Source of the DNA: Pseudomonadota bacterium
Lineage (GTDB): Bacteria; Bdellovibrionota; FAC87; UBA2466
NCBI GenBank assembly: GCA_031425635.1
Contig: JANPJT010000019.1
Location: 1-51,118, forward strand
Length of the DNA stretch: 51,118 nt
Direction: 5' to 3'
The position numbers and the translations under genes are program-made. Positions 48,309-51,118 of the stretch are shown piece after piece (the stretch's first letter is position 1; each line of letters opens with the position of its first letter). The notes under the pieces are model-generated. The model did not search any database. It was given only the letters and a program-made list of their open reading frames with translations, and was not told the origin of the DNA.

Positions 48309-48400
48309 TTGGTTCGACTTGCCAACAACGCTCTTTGCAATTCGCACAAATCCTCATAACGGACGTTTCGGTTGATTGGCGCAATAAGTTAAGGGTTGCA

Positions 48401-49810
48401 ATGACTTCGACCAATGCCGCGAAGCGGCTTAGGGTTTTGGAGGGAACGTTCGATAAGCGTAAAGTGAAGTTTCCAACCCTACATCAAATCACGTTACCGG
48501 TCCGCGTCGCATTGCGTGCGCAGCGAATTGCGGCGCTTTTGTCCGGGCAAGGCATGGCCGGGACACTCGGGGCGCTGGGGATTGAAGTGACGAAGCGCGG
48601 CCTTGTGTTCGTAGGGTTCTCCAATAGAGCAAGTGTCGGATTTGACGCCGTTTTTGGGAAAAATTTAGCGGCGACCTTTGTCCGGTTGGGCCCCACTTTC
48701 ATTAAACTAGGCCAGGTTTTGGCCTCTCGGCCTGACTTTGTGGGCGAGCCTGTCGCGGACGAGCTGCGCCAACTCTTTAGCAGCGTGCCTCCGAGGCCTT
48801 TTCGAGAGATGAAAAAAATCCTGCAGCGAGAGTTGGGGCGCGACAAAGTACGCACCGCATTCAAATCGATTGAACCGAAAGCCCTGGCTTGTGCGAGCCT
48901 AGGCCAAGTACACCGCGGAGTGCTAAAGGATGGCGCACCGATCATTTTGAAGATCCAGAAAGAAGGCGCGGCAACTACCGTCCAGCTCGACCTTCTCCTG
49001 CTTGAGGGCCTTGCGCGAAGCTTCCACACCATTTATCCGGGCTTCGGAATTCTGGAGGTTTTCAGGGATTTCAAAGAAGCAACCCTTTGCGAAATTGACT
49101 ATCTCAAAGAAGCAGCGAATCTCGATCGCTTCAAAAAAAACCACCGACCTAGGGGTGTCCATTTTCCGAAAGTCTACAAGGATCTTTCCACGTCGAAAGT
49201 TCTCGTGATGGAACCCATGCAGGGAACGTCGGTTGCGGATCTTAAAAAAGGTTCGACGGTTGCCCGATTTGCCGCAGAGAAAGGCCTCGCTGCGGTTCTC
49301 GAACAAATCTTCGAACATGGCTTTTTTCACGCCGATCCCCACGCGGGCAACTTATTCTTCCAGGAAGAAAATGGAAGGATTGGTTTTATCGACGTAGGAC
49401 TTGTCGGACAACTGAAAGCCGAGGACAAAAAGAAATTTTTGAAAGTCGTGCTGGCGATCCTAAAAAGAGATCGAACTCAGCTTGCGAAGTCCCTTTATGC
49501 CCTTGGGACCCCTGGAAAAAAAGCAGATTACTCAAAGTTCGAATCAGACATCAACGCTCTCATCGACGAAGCGCAGTCACCAGAAAAAGCAGGGCTAGAA
49601 AAAATGGTGAGCCAGCTTCTTGCGATTGCGAGAAAAAACCATCTCGTCATTCCCAACCGCTATGTGATGATGATTCGAAGCAGCCTTGTGATTGAAGGGG
49701 TGGCCCGAAGTTTGGATCCAGGGATATCGGTTTTTGAAATCGCGACTCCGATTGTCGCTCGCAGTTTACTAAAATCTTATAGTCCGTTTTCGGTTTTCCG
49801 AAGGCGGTAA
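48401..49810 (+). CDS. ubiB: ABC1/UbiB-family atypical kinase
   Basis: 469 aa from MTSTNAAKRL. FIKLGQVLASRPDFV, ASLGQVHRGVLKDG..ILKIQ, HADPHAGNLF and IDVGLVG are ABC1 kinase motifs. Confidence 0.88.
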   Translation: MTSTNAAKRLRVLEGTFDKRKVKFPTLHQITLPVRVALRAQRIAALLSGQGMAGTLGALGIEVTKRGLVFVGFSNRASVGFDAVFGKNLAATFVRLGPTFIKLGQVLASRPDFVGEPVADELRQLFSSVPPRPFREMKKILQRELGRDKVRTAFKSIEPKALACASLGQVHRGVLKDGAPIILKIQKEGAATTVQLDLLLLEGLARSFHTIYPGFGILEVFRDFKEATLCEIDYLKEAANLDRFKKNHRPRGVHFPKVYKDLSTSKVLVMEPMQGTSVADLKKGSTVARFAAEKGLAAVLEQIFEHGFFHADPHAGNLFFQEENGRIGFIDVGLVGQLKAEDKKKFLKVVLAILKRDRTQLAKSLYALGTPGKKADYSKFESDINALIDEAQSPEKAGLEKMVSQLLAIARKNHLVIPNRYVMMIRSSLVIEGVARSLDPGISVFEIATPIVARSLLKSYSPFSVFRRR

Positions 49811-49890
49811 CACAGCGCAGCGCTTCACCACCTCGGAAAGACAATGACCGGGAAGGAAGAGGTGCTTAATATAGGGATCACGAGGCACAG

Positions 49891-51118
49891 ATGCAAAACC
49901 GTCGGACCGGCAGCTTGTTGTTTGGGTTAGGCATTTTTCTATTTTCATCGCTTTTATTGGCTGCGGAGGAAAAAGCCTCCCTTTCAAGCGGGGAAGCAAA
50001 CCTGCTGTACATGAAAGGCCGCCAGCATGTAATGGACGGCGAGTTCGAGAAAGCGATCCCTTTATTGGAGAAAGCAATCGTAGGGGATCCCGACAACGCG
50101 TTTATCAACCATCAGCTAAGCGAACTCTATTTGCGTTCCAATAAGATTGACGATGCGGAACGTCTAAGCCGAAAAGCCGTCGAAAAAGAACCCGACAATG
50201 TTGAATACCGCGCAACCTTTGGTGGCGTGCTTGCCGCCGCGCGAAAGTACGAGGAAGCAAAAAGCCAGTACCTAAAAATTAGTGAGCTAGACCCTTCAAA
50301 CCCCAAAGCAATATTGCTCGTCGGCATCTTGGAAGCAGAGGCAGGCGACCTTGCGCAAGGGGCAAAAACCCTTTCGAAAGCGATCAGTGAGAACGAAGAA
50401 AATTTCATGGCGTTTTTCTACCGCGCCAAAATTTACTTAGAGCTTGAGAAAGTCGACGAAGCAAAATCCGACTTGGCAAAGTGCCAGTCCATTCGCCCAG
50501 GCTTCGTGGAGGCAGGAACCGCGCTCGGGCTTTTGCACGAGCGAATGGGAGAAGTAGACGAAGCGATTAAAGCGTATAGCCTTATCCGTGGGAACGGTCG
50601 ATTTCGAAAGCGCTTGGGCCAACTTTACCTGCAGAAAAACGATTTCGAAAAAGCGCTCGCAGAGCTCCTGGAGTACGAACAAATTGAGCCAGACGATTAT
50701 TCCAGCCGTGTCAAAGTCGGGCTACTCTACTTTGAGCTCAAACGATTTTCTGAGGCAAAAGAACGTTTCCAAGGCATCTTAAAAGAGCAGCCTGACGCGG
50801 ACAACGTCCGCTTCTATCTCGCGGCGGTGGCGGAGGAAATGAAAGAATGGAATTTCGCGCTAAAGCACTTTCAGAAAGTGACCAAGAGCTCCAGCTTTTA
50901 CAAAGAAGCGATGTTGCATACTGGCTTCATTTATCGTCAAACGGGACGGCTTGCAGAAGGGGTTAGTTTTGCGGCCAAACTCATTAAGGACTCTCCGGAA
51001 GTGGTGGAGTTCTACGATATGCAGGCGACTTTCTTCGAAACGAAACGCAAATTTAAGGAAGCTTTGGCAGTCCTCAACCAAGGGCTCAAGCGATTCCCAC
51101 AGGACGAGAAACTCAAAT
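49891..51118 (+). CDS. Secreted TPR-repeat protein (5' partial, runs off the window end), missing from the ORF track
   Basis: The frame opens at ATG 49891 and has no stop through 51118 (409 codons, read by hand). It begins MQNRRTGSLLFGLGIFLFSSLLLAAEE (signal peptide), followed by repeated 34-aa TPR-like units (e.g. YMKGRQHVMDGEFEKAIPLLEKAIVGDPDN). The listed minus-strand ORFs here are shadows. Confidence 0.8.
   Translation, partial: MQNRRTGSLLFGLGIFLFSSLLLAAEEKASLSSGEANLLYMKGRQHVMDGEFEKAIPLLEKAIVGDPDNAFINHQLSELYLRSNKIDDAERLSRKAVEKEPDNVEYRATFGGVLAAARKYEEAKSQYLKISELDPSNPKAILLVGILEAEAGDLAQGAKTLSKAISENEENFMAFFYRAKIYLELEKVDEAKSDLAKCQSIRPGFVEAGTALGLLHERMGEVDEAIKAYSLIRGNGRFRKRLGQLYLQKNDFEKALAELLEYEQIEPDDYSSRVKVGLLYFELKRFSEAKERFQGILKEQPDADNVRFYLAAVAEEMKEWNFALKHFQKVTKSSSFYKEAMLHTGFIYRQTGRLAEGVSFAAKLIKDSPEVVEFYDMQATFFETKRKFKEALAVLNQGLKRFPQDEKLK

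Overview
This is a 51.1-kb chromosomal window from a diderm (Gram-negative) bacterium. By eye the proteins look deltaproteobacterial or Bdellovibrionota-like, but that lineage call is low confidence. Most of the window is densely packed core genes: rpsP-KH-rimM, ffh, pepA, groES-groEL, dnaK, eno, radD, rsmG, an RluA-family synthase, an rRNA methyltransferase-like gene, an isolated rplC, guaB-guaA, kynA, nfu and ubiB. Envelope and secretion content is heavy. There is a POTRA-less Omp85 barrel and a six-gene co-directional block (unknown protein, ABC ATPase, ABC-2 permease, prepilin peptidase, ExbB, ExbD). There are also two small beta-barrel OMPs next to a matrixin protease, a TonB-dependent receptor with a beta-propeller lipoprotein and TonB, a C25 (gingipain-like) peptidase, and a secreted protein with a caspase-like His/Cys dyad. 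The stand-out accessory locus lies at 21.6-27.6 kb on the minus strand. It encodes a PAS histidine kinase, then a REC-REC-PAS-HK-REC hybrid kinase, then a heme oxygenase. Last comes a 484-aa bacteriophytochrome that is only the PAS-GAF-PHY photosensory core, with no output domain. The last three genes are translationally coupled. This looks like a split phytochrome signalling system with a divergent chromophore pocket, and it is the best candidate for something undescribed. No rRNA, tRNA, CRISPR array or obvious transposase was found. One open-ended TPR gene at the 3' edge (49891 onward) is absent from the ORF track. All calls come from reading the translations and sequence by eye. No database search was run.
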